A stretch of DNA of 64,000 nt from contig JBKAGE010000047.1 in the NCBI GenBank assembly GCA_046290225.1, positions 27,006-91,005 of the forward strand, in the 5' to 3' direction. This document shows, piece by piece, positions 46,054-56,311 of this stretch. Positions within the stretch are counted from its first letter, which is position 1, and the number at the start of each line of letters is the position of its first letter. Below the pieces are notes generated by a model. That model searched no databases. It worked only from the letters and a program-made list of their open reading frames with translations, and was not told where the DNA came from. The position numbers and the translations under genes are program-made. This stretch comes from Bradymonadia bacterium (lineage in GTDB: Bacteria > Myxococcota_A > Bradymonadia > UBA7976 > UBA1532).

Positions 46054-49000
46054 ATGGGTTTTCAGATGTACAGACATATACATGCCTGCTTGCTTGCACT
46101 TGCCTGTCTGACAGTGGGTGCCACAGCCCATGGGCAGGCGCTCACGACAGATGGCACCTGTGGTGGCAACGCTCAACCCACAGGCTTCGTGAACGATCTC
46201 GGCGGTACCGAGGTGCACGCCCTCGGCGTCTACCAGGGCAGCCGAGATGCCATCAACGAGAATGGCCAGCGAGAGATCAACGTCGGTGTGTCTCGGGCGG
46301 GCGTACCCATGATCCTGGTGCTGTCGAGCTATGAGCCCGTGCACTGGCGGCTCAACCTCGCCCCCGGTGTGCAGCTGCAGCAGGTCATCCTGAACGGCTA
46401 CAACAATCAAACGCTGGAAGGTCATGGCGGTGCGGTCGTCACGGATCGCACCCGACCGGGGAACTACTTCACAGCGTGTGCCTATGTCTGGCCCTCTGGC
46501 AACGGTGGCTGCGACACCAACGCCCTCATCAGCGGCGTCGAGGGCTTCCTCGGACAGAGCGTCGACTCGTTCCACGGCTGCTACACCGGTGAGGCCTTCG
46601 CCATCGGCGCAGTAGACGGTGACGGCGACGCAGTGCCTGATGCTTCAGATGCATGCCCTGAAGATCCCGACAATGACATCGACGGTGATGGGGTCTGTGG
46701 CAACGTCGACAACTGCTCCACCACGAGCAACAGCAGCCAGAGCGACAGCGACAACGATGGCATCGGTGATGCCTGTGACGCCTGCCCCTTCGATCGCAAC
46801 AACGACGCAGACGGCGATGGGGTCTGTGGCGACGTGGACAACTGCCCCAACTTCGCCAACGCCGATCAGAGCGACAACGACAACGACGGAGTGTGTGGCA
46901 ACGTCGACAACTGCCCCAACACCACCAATGCCGACCAAACAGACAGCGATGGTGATGGCATCGGCGACAGCTGTGATGCCTGCCACCTCGATGCCGACAA
47001 CGACATCGACGGCGATGGCCTCTGTGGCAACGTCGACAATTGTCCGATCCACAGCAACGCCGATCAGGCTGATGGTGACGGTGACGGCATCGGCGACATC
47101 TGCGACATCGACTATGCCGTGGAAGGCGCGTGTCACAACGGCGGCGACGTGACGGGCTTCGCCAATGCCACTTCGGACACCGAGGTGCACCTCTTCGGGG
47201 TGTACGAGAGCGCCCTCAACCGAGGGTTCCGTCAGCACCCCCGTGGGGACGTCGACGTGAACATCACCCGGACCGGGGTGCCCATGATCCTGGTCATGTC
47301 AAGCTACGAGCCGACGAACTGGCGCTTGAACCTCGCCCCTGGGGCTCAGGTGCAGCAAATCATCCTGAACGGTTACTACACCCAAACGGTGGAAGGGCAC
47401 GGCGACATCCCCGTGCTCTACAAGCACGAGCCAGGAAACTACTTCACGGCGTGTGCCTATGTCTGGCCCTCTGGCAACGGCGGCTGTGACACCAACGCCC
47501 TCATCAATGGCGTCGAGGGCCTGCTCAACCTCGAGGTGACGAGCTTCCACGGCTGCTATGGCAGCACCGGCTTCACCCTCGGCCCCTCGGCCCCAGATAC
47601 CGACGGCGACGGCACCTCCGACGACGAGGATCCTTGCCCCAATGATCCTGCTGACGATGCAGACGGTGATGGTGTCTGTGGTGACGTCGACAACTGCCCC
47701 ACCACGAGCAACGCAGCTCAGACCGACGGTGATGGTGATGGTGCCGGTGACGCATGTGACGCCTGCCCAAGTGACGCCGATGACGACATCGACAGCGATG
47801 GTGTCTGCGGTGATGTGGACAATTGCCCAAACCGCGCCAACGCAGCTCAGGCCGACAGTAACGGTGACGGCGCCGGCGACGCCTGCGACATCGACATGCC
47901 CGTGAGCGCGGTGTGCGAGTCCGGCGCTCTGAGCGGCTTCGACGACGGCGACATCGGCGCCTCTGAGGTCCACGTGGTGGGCATCTACGAGAGCCGCGGC
48001 GATCACAGCGGCGGCTTCCACCCCCGGGGCGACACCCGTGTGGAGGTGAACCGCACCGGAGTACCCATCACCCTGGTGCTGTCGAGCTATGAGCCCACCC
48101 ACTGGACGCTGGCCCTCGCCCCGGGCGTGCAGCTGCAGCAGGTCATCCTGAACGGGTACCACACGCAGACCATCGAGGGTCACGGCGGCGCACCAGTGAC
48201 TTTCCGCCACGAGCCGGGGAACTACTACACGGCGTGTGCCTATGTCTGGCCCTCTGGCAACGGCGGCTGCGACACCAACGCCCTCATCAGCGGCATCGAA
48301 GGTGATCTGGGCTTGCCGGTGACGAGCTTCCACGGCTGCTACCGCGGCACCGAGTTCGTGCTCGGCGCTCCGGACAGCGACGGCGACGGCATCACCGACG
48401 ACGTCGACGCCTGCCCCAATGACGCAGAGAACGACGCGGATGGTGATGGCGTCTGTGGCGATGTCGACAACTGCGCCGGCGCCGTGAACCCGGCCCAGAC
48501 CGACACAGATGGCGACGGCATCGGCGACGTCTGCGAGCTGGACTTCGGCGTCACGGGCACCTGCCACAGCGGCCAGGTCTCGGGCTTCGTCGGCGAATCG
48601 GCCAACACCGAGGTGCACCTGCTCGGGGTGTACGAGAGCGCCCTCAACCGAGGGTTCCAGCAACACCCTCGTGGGGATCTCGACGTGAACATCACCCGGA
48701 CCGGGGTGCCCATGATCCTGGTCATGTCGAGCTATGAGCCGACGAACTGGCGCTTGAACATCGCCGAAGGCGCCATCATCGAGCAGATCATCCTGAACGG
48801 GTACTACACGCAGACCATCGAAGGTCACGGTGACATCCCCGTGAGCTACAAGCACGAGCCGGGGAGCTACTACACGGCCTGCGCTTACATCTGGCCCTCC
48901 GGCAATGGGGGCTGTGACACCAACGCGCTCATCAACGGCGTCGAGGCGGAGCTGGGCCACGAGGTGACCAGCTTCCACGGCTGCTACGCCAGCACGGAGT

Positions 49001-51021
49001 TCACCCTCGGCCCCGTGGGCACTGACAGTGACAGTGACGGCATCTTCGACGCCCAGGACGCCTGCCCCAACGATGCCGACAACGACATCGACGGTGATGG
49101 CATCTGCGGTGACGTAGACAACTGCCCCAACATCAACAACGCCGCCCAGGTAGACAACGACGGTGACGGCTTCGGCGATGCCTGTGACGCCTGCCTGGGT
49201 GATCCCACGAACGATGCAGATGGCGACGGCGTCTGCGAAGATGTCGATGTGTGCCCGGGCGTGAGCGACGCCAACCAGGCAGACACTGATCAAGACGGCG
49301 AGGGTGATGCCTGTGACGCATGCCCCAACGATGCCGACAACGACGCCGATGGCGACGGCCTCTGCAGCGATGTGGACAACTGCCCCGACATCGCCAACGC
49401 CGACCAGCTGGACAACGATGACGACGGTGAGGGTGACGTCTGTGACGCATGCCCCAACGATGTGGGCAACGACACCGACAGCGACGGCCTCTGTGGCGAC
49501 GTGGACAACTGCCCCGACATCGCCAACGCCGACCAAGCAGACGGCGACGGTGACGGCATCGGCGACGCGTGCGACATCTGCCCCTTCGACCGACGCAACG
49601 ACGCCGACGGTGACGGCATCTGCGCCGAGATCGACAACTGCCCTCGCCATCACAACCCGGATCAGGTGGACAACAACGGGGACGGCCACGGCGACGTCTG
49701 CGTGCGCCCCACGGCCCGCCTGGGCGACCGCAACACCATCGGCCAGGGCCTCGATGCTGGCGAAGACGTGGAGCTCGGCAACGACTCCAACGTGGGCGAC
49801 GACGTGGTGCTCGGCGACAACGCCGACATTGGAGACAACGCTCAGATCGGCAACGCGGTCGAGGTGGGCGACGACGCCGCGCTGGGCCGCAATGTCGAGG
49901 TGGGTGACGGCACCCTGATCGGCAACGGCGCCGACATCGAGAACGGCGTGGACATCGGCGCGGGTGCGCACGTGGGCAACGGCGCCCGCATCGCCGCCCT
50001 CGCAGATGTAGGGAACGATGCGGTCCTCGGCGAAGGGGTCGAGATCTCCGAGAACGCCGAGGTGGGCCACCGCGCACACCTGGCCGGTGGCGAGAACGCT
50101 GTGCGCGTGGGCATCGGCGCCCGAGTGGGCGACGACGCCACCATCGACGAGGGCACCACTCTGGGCAGCGGCGCTGAAGTGGGCGCTGGCGCCGAGGTGG
50201 GCCGAGGCGTGGAGCTACAGCCCAACACGTCGGTGGGCGCAGGATCCCAGCTGGCAGACAATGTGACGGTGAACGCCAACTCTGATGTGGGCGACAACGC
50301 CAACATCGGCGAAGGCGCCATCATCAGCGACTATGTCGAGGTCGGCGACGATGTCACCGTGGGCGCTGGCACCGAGGTGGGCTACTCCGCCGTGGTGGGC
50401 GACAACGTCACTTTCGGCGCCAACGGCACCATCCGCGGCGTCGTGGGCGACAACGTCACCATCGGTGATCGGGCAGACATGCGGGGTCGAATCTCCGTGG
50501 CCAACAACACCACCATCGGCGACGATCTGACGATGCGCCACCTGGACACGATCGGCGCAGACGGGGTCATCGGGCACGGCTTCACCATGGGCTCACGGGC
50601 TTCGATCGGTGATCGCGCTCAGGTGGCGAACAATGTGGTGCTCAACTACCTCGCTTCGGTGGGCGACGACGCGGTGCTTGCCGACGAGGTGCAGGTGGAC
50701 GACTCGACTCAGGTGGGCAACGGGGCCAACATCGGCGCCCGAACCCGCCTGTACTCCCGCAGCACGATCGGCGCCAATGTGACCATCGGGCAGGACTGCA
50801 TCATCGGGAACCGGACCACCATCGGTGACAACACGGTCATCGAGGACTACACGATCGTGTATCGAGAGGCCTCCATCGGGGCCAACGTCATCATCCGCAA
50901 CAGTGGTGCCCCCGATACCCCTCGTAACATTGGTCACCGTAATGGTCAGGTTGTGATTGGTGATGGGGTTGTGGTGGATGAGGACTTGCAAGATCGTGTT
51001 GAGATCTTCCCTTTGCCTTGA
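46054..51021 (+). CDS. Large secreted protein: four copies of an uncharacterised domain, thrombospondin type-3 repeats and a C-terminal hexapeptide (left-handed beta-helix) region
   Basis: Signal peptide ending AHG; 4x EVH..G.Y...P..LV.SSYEP..W...ILNGY...SFHGCY; DGDGVCGDVDNCP repeats; [VI]G..x hexapeptides from about 49720. Confidence 0.88.
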   Translation: MGFQMYRHIHACLLALACLTVGATAHGQALTTDGTCGGNAQPTGFVNDLGGTEVHALGVYQGSRDAINENGQREINVGVSRAGVPMILVLSSYEPVHWRLNLAPGVQLQQVILNGYNNQTLEGHGGAVVTDRTRPGNYFTACAYVWPSGNGGCDTNALISGVEGFLGQSVDSFHGCYTGEAFAIGAVDGDGDAVPDASDACPEDPDNDIDGDGVCGNVDNCSTTSNSSQSDSDNDGIGDACDACPFDRNNDADGDGVCGDVDNCPNFANADQSDNDNDGVCGNVDNCPNTTNADQTDSDGDGIGDSCDACHLDADNDIDGDGLCGNVDNCPIHSNADQADGDGDGIGDICDIDYAVEGACHNGGDVTGFANATSDTEVHLFGVYESALNRGFRQHPRGDVDVNITRTGVPMILVMSSYEPTNWRLNLAPGAQVQQIILNGYYTQTVEGHGDIPVLYKHEPGNYFTACAYVWPSGNGGCDTNALINGVEGLLNLEVTSFHGCYGSTGFTLGPSAPDTDGDGTSDDEDPCPNDPADDADGDGVCGDVDNCPTTSNAAQTDGDGDGAGDACDACPSDADDDIDSDGVCGDVDNCPNRANAAQADSNGDGAGDACDIDMPVSAVCESGALSGFDDGDIGASEVHVVGIYESRGDHSGGFHPRGDTRVEVNRTGVPITLVLSSYEPTHWTLALAPGVQLQQVILNGYHTQTIEGHGGAPVTFRHEPGNYYTACAYVWPSGNGGCDTNALISGIEGDLGLPVTSFHGCYRGTEFVLGAPDSDGDGITDDVDACPNDAENDADGDGVCGDVDNCAGAVNPAQTDTDGDGIGDVCELDFGVTGTCHSGQVSGFVGESANTEVHLLGVYESALNRGFQQHPRGDLDVNITRTGVPMILVMSSYEPTNWRLNIAEGAIIEQIILNGYYTQTIEGHGDIPVSYKHEPGSYYTACAYIWPSGNGGCDTNALINGVEAELGHEVTSFHGCYASTEFTLGPVGTDSDSDGIFDAQDACPNDADNDIDGDGICGDVDNCPNINNAAQVDNDGDGFGDACDACLGDPTNDADGDGVCEDVDVCPGVSDANQADTDQDGEGDACDACPNDADNDADGDGLCSDVDNCPDIANADQLDNDDDGEGDVCDACPNDVGNDTDSDGLCGDVDNCPDIANADQADGDGDGIGDACDICPFDRRNDADGDGICAEIDNCPRHHNPDQVDNNGDGHGDVCVRPTARLGDRNTIGQGLDAGEDVELGNDSNVGDDVVLGDNADIGDNAQIGNAVEVGDDAALGRNVEVGDGTLIGNGADIENGVDIGAGAHVGNGARIAALADVGNDAVLGEGVEISENAEVGHRAHLAGGENAVRVGIGARVGDDATIDEGTTLGSGAEVGAGAEVGRGVELQPNTSVGAGSQLADNVTVNANSDVGDNANIGEGAIISDYVEVGDDVTVGAGTEVGYSAVVGDNVTFGANGTIRGVVGDNVTIGDRADMRGRISVANNTTIGDDLTMRHLDTIGADGVIGHGFTMGSRASIGDRAQVANNVVLNYLASVGDDAVLADEVQVDDSTQVGNGANIGARTRLYSRSTIGANVTIGQDCIIGNRTTIGDNTVIEDYTIVYREASIGANVIIRNSGAPDTPRNIGHRNGQVVIGDGVVVDEDLQDRVEIFPLP

Positions 51022-51054
51022 TGTATGTCTCGCTTCGCTCGCAGATCAGTTTTC

Positions 51055-51090
51055 GGGCACGGGCACGGGCACGGGCACGGGCACGGGCAC
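51055..51090. repeat. (GGGCAC)6 hexanucleotide microsatellite
   Basis: Six perfect copies; a partial reverse-complement copy GTGCCCGTGCCC lies at 63913-63924. Confidence 0.9.
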
Positions 51091-51336
51091 GAGTTGATAC
51101 ACACCTGGACCCGTGGTCCTTCCTGGACTCTGGGCGAGGGTTGTCATTGAAGCTGAGATGATGCGCTTGGTGACGGCCTGAGAGCTCAGCTCCTGGGGGT
51201 GTGGAGGCTAGAGCCTTTGCATTGTCTGTGATCCAGATGACTGATGCAGTTAGGCGCGCTGTGACACAGCCATTGACTGTTCAAGTGAACAGTCTCGACA
51301 CTGCCCGCCCCCTTCACACACGCATGGCCGTGCCCG

Positions 51337-51516
51337 CGGAGGGGCGGAGGCTCTGATGCTCGGTGGATGGGTGGGGAGTTGGTGTGCAGTCGTGGTGACA
51401 AAAGCGCAGGCGTAGCCAACGAAGGCTTTTGCCGGCTACGTCGAGCATTTTGGCGCCGCGAATGTGCGCCAAATCGTCGCCCAGACGCCGGGCAGCAGAG
51501 CCGGAGCCCCGGAGCC
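51337..51516 (+). repeat. Dispersed structured non-coding element, copy B (after the tal stop)
   Basis: Same terminal 15- and 17-mers and covarying hairpin as 23938-24103. Confidence 0.7.
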
Positions 51517-51518
51517 CC

Positions 51519-52163
51519 TCACTTCGGGACTTTTTCCCAGTCGGCGAGGAACTTTGCCAGGCCGATGTCGGTGAGGGGGTGCTTCACCAGCTGCTGGATC
51601 ACCTTGAAGGGCATCGTGCCCACGTGAGCGCCCAGGCGGGCCGCCTCGAGCACGTGCATCGGGTGACGGATGCTCGCCACCAGCACCTCGGTCTCGTAAC
51701 CGTAGGCAGTGTAGATGTCGAGCACCTCTTCGATGAGCTGCATGCCCGAAGTGGCGATGTCGTCCAGGCGGCCCACGAAGGGGCTGATGTAGGTTGCCCC
51801 CGCCTTCGCCGCCAGCAGGGCCTGCATCGGCGAGAAGCACAGCGTCACGTTCGTCTTGATTCCGTTGTCAGTGCACCACTTCGTCGCCTTCAGGCCCTCC
51901 ATGATGAGGGGGATCTTGATGACGATGTTCTCGTGGATCTTGGAGAGCTCTTTCGCCTCTTTCACCATGCCTTCGAAGTCGGTGGAGACCACCTCTGCCG
52001 AGATGGGGCCGTCGACGATCTCGACGATCTCCTGCAGCACGTCGAGGAACTTGCGGCCCGACTTGGCCACCAGCGAGGGGTTCGTCGTCACCCCGTCGAG
52101 CAGCCCGTAGGAGGACGCCTCCCGGATCTCGTTCACGTCAGCGGTGTCGATGAAGAACTTCAT
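51519..52163 (-). CDS. tal: Transaldolase (short FSA/TalC-type)
   Basis: [19 protein letters not shown] (Schiff-base Lys), NVTLCFS. SAEV (Glu) and SPFVGR (Phe) favour transaldolase over fructose-6-phosphate aldolase. Confidence 0.92.
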   Translation of the reverse strand: MKFFIDTADVNEIREASSYGLLDGVTTNPSLVAKSGRKFLDVLQEIVEIVDGPISAEVVSTDFEGMVKEAKELSKIHENIVIKIPLIMEGLKATKWCTDNGIKTNVTLCFSPMQALLAAKAGATYISPFVGRLDDIATSGMQLIEEVLDIYTAYGYETEVLVASIRHPMHVLEAARLGAHVGTMPFKVIQQLVKHPLTDIGLAKFLADWEKVPK

Positions 52164-52283
52164 GGTTCAGCCTTTCTCTAGGGCTTGCTGTACGCCGTGG
52201 TGCCCGATCACGTGATCAGGTCGATGCCAAAGCAGGATGCCGATGCATTGTATGAGGTCTTTTACAAACCGCGAGCCTCTCGC

Positions 52284-53300
52284 TCACGTCGTGAGGAGCA
52301 CCTTGCCGAAGTTGCGCCGCTCTTGAATGTAAGTGTGTGCTTTTGCAGCCTCTTCCATGGGGAATGTGGCGTCGACCACCGGTGACAGCACCCCCTCGGC
52401 CACCAGGGCCAGGATGTCGTCGAGCATCTTCTTGAGCGCCACGTCGTGATCCCAGAGATCACCCAGGTTCACCCCGAAGACCCCTTTGTTGTCGTTCATC
52501 AGCTTGATCGGCCCGTAGCGCTTCAGGCTCAAGAGACCTTTCAGCGCCGCCACGAGGCTGCGGCGCTTGCCTGGGGTGAAGCTCGATACGCCGAACATGA
52601 AGAGGCGGCCCATGGGCGCCAGGCTGTTGTAGCTCTGCGTGAACGAGCGACCACCCACGGCGTCGATGGCGATCTGTACCCCAGCGCCATCGGTGATCTC
52701 CTTGATCACCTGCTCGAAGTCCTGAGTGCGGTAGTCGATGCAGTGGTGCACCCCAGCCTCTCGAAGTCGGTCGTGCTTGCCCGCGCTCGCCGTACCGAAG
52801 ATCTCTGCGCCGAAGTGCTTGCAGATTTGGGTCGCCGCCAGGCCTACCCCACCGCCAGCAGAGTGAACCAGCACTCGATCTCCAGCCCGCACGCCGCCCA
52901 GATGCACCAGCATCAACCACGCCGTCAGATAGGTCACCGGGATCGCGGCGCCATGGATCAGGGGCAGGTTGTCGGGCACCGTGGACACGCGCCGAGCAGG
53001 GACCACCACCATGTCGGCGTAGCCACCGAATCGGGTCAGGGCCATCACCTTCTGCCCCACCTCGACATCAGAGACCCCCTCGCCGAGGGCATCTACGGTG
53101 CCTGAAACTTCGTAACCCACCACACAGGGCATTGGCGGCGCGTCGGGGTAGAGCCCCATGCGGGCCATGATGTCGGCGAAGTTCACCCCCGTCGCCGCCA
53201 CCTTGATGCGGACCTCACCAGGGCCCGGTGTGGGATCAGGGCCTTCTCTCAGCTCAAGGACCTCTGGGGCCCCCTTCTTGGGAATCCAAATCGATCGCAT
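52284..53300 (-). CDS. Zinc-independent medium-chain dehydrogenase/reductase (VAT-1/quinone oxidoreductase-like)
   Basis: GVNFADIMARMGLY, GYEVSG, VHSAGGGVG, RRNFGKVLL. Confidence 0.92.
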   Translation of the reverse strand: MRSIWIPKKGAPEVLELREGPDPTPGPGEVRIKVAATGVNFADIMARMGLYPDAPPMPCVVGYEVSGTVDALGEGVSDVEVGQKVMALTRFGGYADMVVVPARRVSTVPDNLPLIHGAAIPVTYLTAWLMLVHLGGVRAGDRVLVHSAGGGVGLAATQICKHFGAEIFGTASAGKHDRLREAGVHHCIDYRTQDFEQVIKEITDGAGVQIAIDAVGGRSFTQSYNSLAPMGRLFMFGVSSFTPGKRRSLVAALKGLLSLKRYGPIKLMNDNKGVFGVNLGDLWDHDVALKKMLDDILALVAEGVLSPVVDATFPMEEAAKAHTYIQERRNFGKVLLTT

Positions 53301-53404
53301 GTGGTTCACTGTGGTCTTGGCGCGACGTGTTGTCTACCATGCGTGTCCTTCAAATTTGCCATCGAGCCCTTCACACACGTCTCTGCTCAGCCCCAGGAGA
53401 TGCC

Positions 53405-54127
53405 ATGAACGCCCCCACCCCCCAGACTGTCGATCTGTACCAGTTCGAGCTGTGCCCCTACTGCCACAAGGTCAAGGCCGGCCTCGAGGTCAAAGGGATC
53501 CCTTATCGCAAGATCGAGGTGAACCCCATGGGCAAGAAGGAGCTGCCCGCTGATCTGCCCGAAGATGCTCCGAAGAAAGTGCCGGTGATCAAGGTCGGCG
53601 GTGAGCTGCGGTACGACTCCCCAGTCATCTTGAGGTTCCTCGAAGAGGCCTACCCCGACACGCGATCGCTCACCCCCACCGACGAGGCCGCCAAAGAGAA
53701 GAGCGACATGGTGGAGAAGTGGGTGGACGACGAGGTCTGCTATGCCCTGCCCACGGTGATCTACGGCACCTGGGGCGAGGCCGCCAAGGCCGCCCAGGTC
53801 ACCGCCCGCACCTCGAACTTCGGCTTCTTCCAGAACATGACCGTGCGGGCCGGCGGCTCGCTCATCATGCACCAGATCTCCAAGCGAATTCTGAAGAAGA
53901 AGGGCCGCACCGACGGCCACGCCTGGGTGAACGAGACCGTCGACCAGTTCGAAGAGTGGCTCGGCAAACAGCCCTTCGTCACCGGCGACGAGATCTCGCT
54001 CGGCGACGTGGCCATGCACGGCGCCCTCACCTGCGTGAAAGATTTCCCCATCTTCTCGAAGATCATGGCCCGCCCCCTCACAAAGGCCTGGTACGACCGG
54101 GTGTCGGCCATGCGGCAGCGGGCCTGA
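53405..54127 (+). CDS. Glutathione S-transferase / prostaglandin-E-synthase-2-like protein
   Basis: LYQFELCPYCHKVKA, EVNP, KKVPVI, DSPVI; GST C-domain LGDVAMHG; AGGAGA RBS. Confidence 0.88.
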   Translation: MNAPTPQTVDLYQFELCPYCHKVKAGLEVKGIPYRKIEVNPMGKKELPADLPEDAPKKVPVIKVGGELRYDSPVILRFLEEAYPDTRSLTPTDEAAKEKSDMVEKWVDDEVCYALPTVIYGTWGEAAKAAQVTARTSNFGFFQNMTVRAGGSLIMHQISKRILKKKGRTDGHAWVNETVDQFEEWLGKQPFVTGDEISLGDVAMHGALTCVKDFPIFSKIMARPLTKAWYDRVSAMRQRA

Positions 54128-54144
54128 GGGCGGGGGCGGCACAC

Positions 54145-55011
54145 ATGGCCCCCACGATCATCGCCGAAGGCCTCACCCGACGATTTGGTGATCTCACCGC
54201 CGTCGACGGCCTCGATCTCACAGTCGAAGCCGGTGAGATCCTCGGGTTTCTCGGCCCCAACGGCTCGGGGAAGACCACAACCATCAAGATGCTCACGGGC
54301 CGCCTGCAACCCACTGCGGGTACCGCTCGAGTTCTGGGCTTGCAGATGCCGGCAGATCGCCAACAGGCCTACGCCCGCATCGGCATCGTCGGCGAGCAGA
54401 AAGATCTGTTCCCCAGGCTGACCGGCCGGGAGAACCTCGAGCTCTTCGCCGAGTTGCGGGGGGTGTCCCGGGCCCGTGTAGACGAGGTCCTTGAGCACTT
54501 CGAGATGAGCGCCCGGGCCGCAGAGCAGGTGAAAGGCTACTCTCAGGGTATGCAACAGCGCCTGCTGCTGGCGCGGGCGTTTCTGCACCAGCCCGAGGTC
54601 ATGTTCCTCGATGAGCCCACGCGCGGCCTCGATCCTCCTGGGGCGAGAGCGCTCCGTGGGCGAATCAAAGCCGCCAGCGAAGCGGGCTGCACGGTGTTCT
54701 TGTCCACGCACTTGATGTCGGAAGCCGAGGCGCTGTGCGATCGGGTGGCGTTCATCGCTCAGGGGCGCCTCGTGGCGGTGGACACCCCGGCGAACCTGCG
54801 GGCCTCCATGGGGCAGCGCAGCCTGAAGATCAGCACCCTCGCCGGTGAAGTGCACACCCTCTCGCTCACGGACGACGAGACGCCTGAGCGAATGCAAGCG
54901 CTGCTCGCCGCCGGCGGTGTGGCCGACGTACAGATGGAGCAGCCCTCTCTCGAGGAGGTGTTCCTCGCCCTCACCCGCACCGAAGAGACTCAGCCTACGG
55001 AGGCGCGGTGA
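54145..55011 (+). CDS. ABC-2 type exporter ATP-binding subunit
   Basis: GPNGSGKTT, YSQGMQQR, FLDEPTRGLDP, STH. Confidence 0.95.
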   Translation: MAPTIIAEGLTRRFGDLTAVDGLDLTVEAGEILGFLGPNGSGKTTTIKMLTGRLQPTAGTARVLGLQMPADRQQAYARIGIVGEQKDLFPRLTGRENLELFAELRGVSRARVDEVLEHFEMSARAAEQVKGYSQGMQQRLLLARAFLHQPEVMFLDEPTRGLDPPGARALRGRIKAASEAGCTVFLSTHLMSEAEALCDRVAFIAQGRLVAVDTPANLRASMGQRSLKISTLAGEVHTLSLTDDETPERMQALLAAGGVADVQMEQPSLEEVFLALTRTEETQPTEAR

Positions 55012-56075
55012 TGTGGGGACCACTCAAGGCGCTGATCCTCAAGGATCTGAAGTGCTCCATCCGGGAGATGGAGTTCTTGATGTACCTGCTGCTCCCACTC
55101 ATCGGGGCCGGGGTGCTGAAGCTGGCCTCTGGCGCCATCGACAATGCCCAGCCCTCATCGAAGCAGGTGGTGGTGGTGGCTCCCGAGAGCGAGCAGACCA
55201 TCGTTCAGGCGCTGAGCGCCCACCCCCGCCTCGAGGTGAGCGCCGCTCAAGACTGGGCTGAGGCCCAGGCCCGCGTCCGTGATGGTGAGGTCATCTCGGC
55301 CATCGACCTGCCAGAAGGCCTCTCGGCGAGCCTGGGGCAAGACCCACCCCCGAAGGTGCAGCTCTTTCACGCCGCTGGCTCGCAGACCGCCGTCATCACG
55401 GTGACTCAGTCGGTGAAGCGTGTGCTCGATCAGAAAGCTCACCCTCAACCTGTGGTGGAGCTCGTCTCCACTTCGGTAGATGGCGAGGCGAAGCCTTTCT
55501 CGGTGAGCGCATTGTTCCTGGAGACCACCCTGGTGCTGGCCTTGCTGTTCGGCGGCTTGTTCGTGGTGCCTCTGGGCTGGAGCGGAGAGCGGGAGAATGG
55601 GCAAGTCGAGGCTCTGATGCTGGCGGGGATCCCTGCCAGCATGCTGTTGAGCAGCCGGGTGATCTTCGGCGGGCTGCTCACGGCCTCCTCCGGGGTGGGG
55701 GTGGTGCTCATCATGTACGGCTTCGGCGCGCTGCTGCCGGCCTTGCCCCACCTCGTGCTCGGCGCCATGGCCCTGGTGGCCGTGGGCCTCGCCGTGAGCT
55801 CGCTGACGAAGACCCGCAAACAGGCAGAGATGATCCTCGCCGGGGTGATGGCCGCCATCAGCATCCCCACCCTCGCCTCCGAGGCCTCGCCTGCTCTGGC
55901 CTCTGTGGGCCAGTGGTTGCCCATGGGGCCCTTTGTCAAAGGCCTGAAGGCCGCTGCCACAGGTATGGGGCAGCCCTCTGGTGATTGGATCATCGAGGTG
56001 GTGGTGCTGGTGGGCTACACCCTGTTGGGCCTCACGGTGGCCGCCTGGCGAGTCCGGCAGAGCGAGGCGGCCTGA
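55011..56075 (+). CDS. ABC-2 type exporter permease
   Basis: One TM segment, an extracytoplasmic domain, then five TM segments; ERENGQVEAL motif; TGATG overlap. Confidence 0.88.
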   Translation: MWGPLKALILKDLKCSIREMEFLMYLLLPLIGAGVLKLASGAIDNAQPSSKQVVVVAPESEQTIVQALSAHPRLEVSAAQDWAEAQARVRDGEVISAIDLPEGLSASLGQDPPPKVQLFHAAGSQTAVITVTQSVKRVLDQKAHPQPVVELVSTSVDGEAKPFSVSALFLETTLVLALLFGGLFVVPLGWSGERENGQVEALMLAGIPASMLLSSRVIFGGLLTASSGVGVVLIMYGFGALLPALPHLVLGAMALVAVGLAVSSLTKTRKQAEMILAGVMAAISIPTLASEASPALASVGQWLPMGPFVKGLKAAATGMGQPSGDWIIEVVVLVGYTLLGLTVAAWRVRQSEAA

Positions 56076-56311
56076 GCACACGACTGGCAACTCTACTCGC
56101 CACCTTCCATGGCTGTTCGAACAGCCGCCCCAACTCGAATTGCCATGTGTTTTCCGCGGTCTGCGGTCACGCCCCTGTCACAATCCGATGATTTTTCACC
56201 CATGTTCAGGTGGTTGGCCCTGATGCACGTTCGACACACAGCTTGGCACCGACCATGCATTCTCCGTGGGCAAGGCACTTACCCGCTCACCTGCCTGCAC
56301 GGAGACACCCC

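Noticed and set aside
46200..49000. Near-identical repeats as a diversity-generating retroelement TR/VR pair
   Set aside because: All copies are in-frame domains of one protein, the differences are not adenine-specific by eye, and no reverse transcriptase is present.
47299..50079. 926-aa minus-strand ORF
   Set aside because: Antisense shadow of the TSP3/beta-helix gene.
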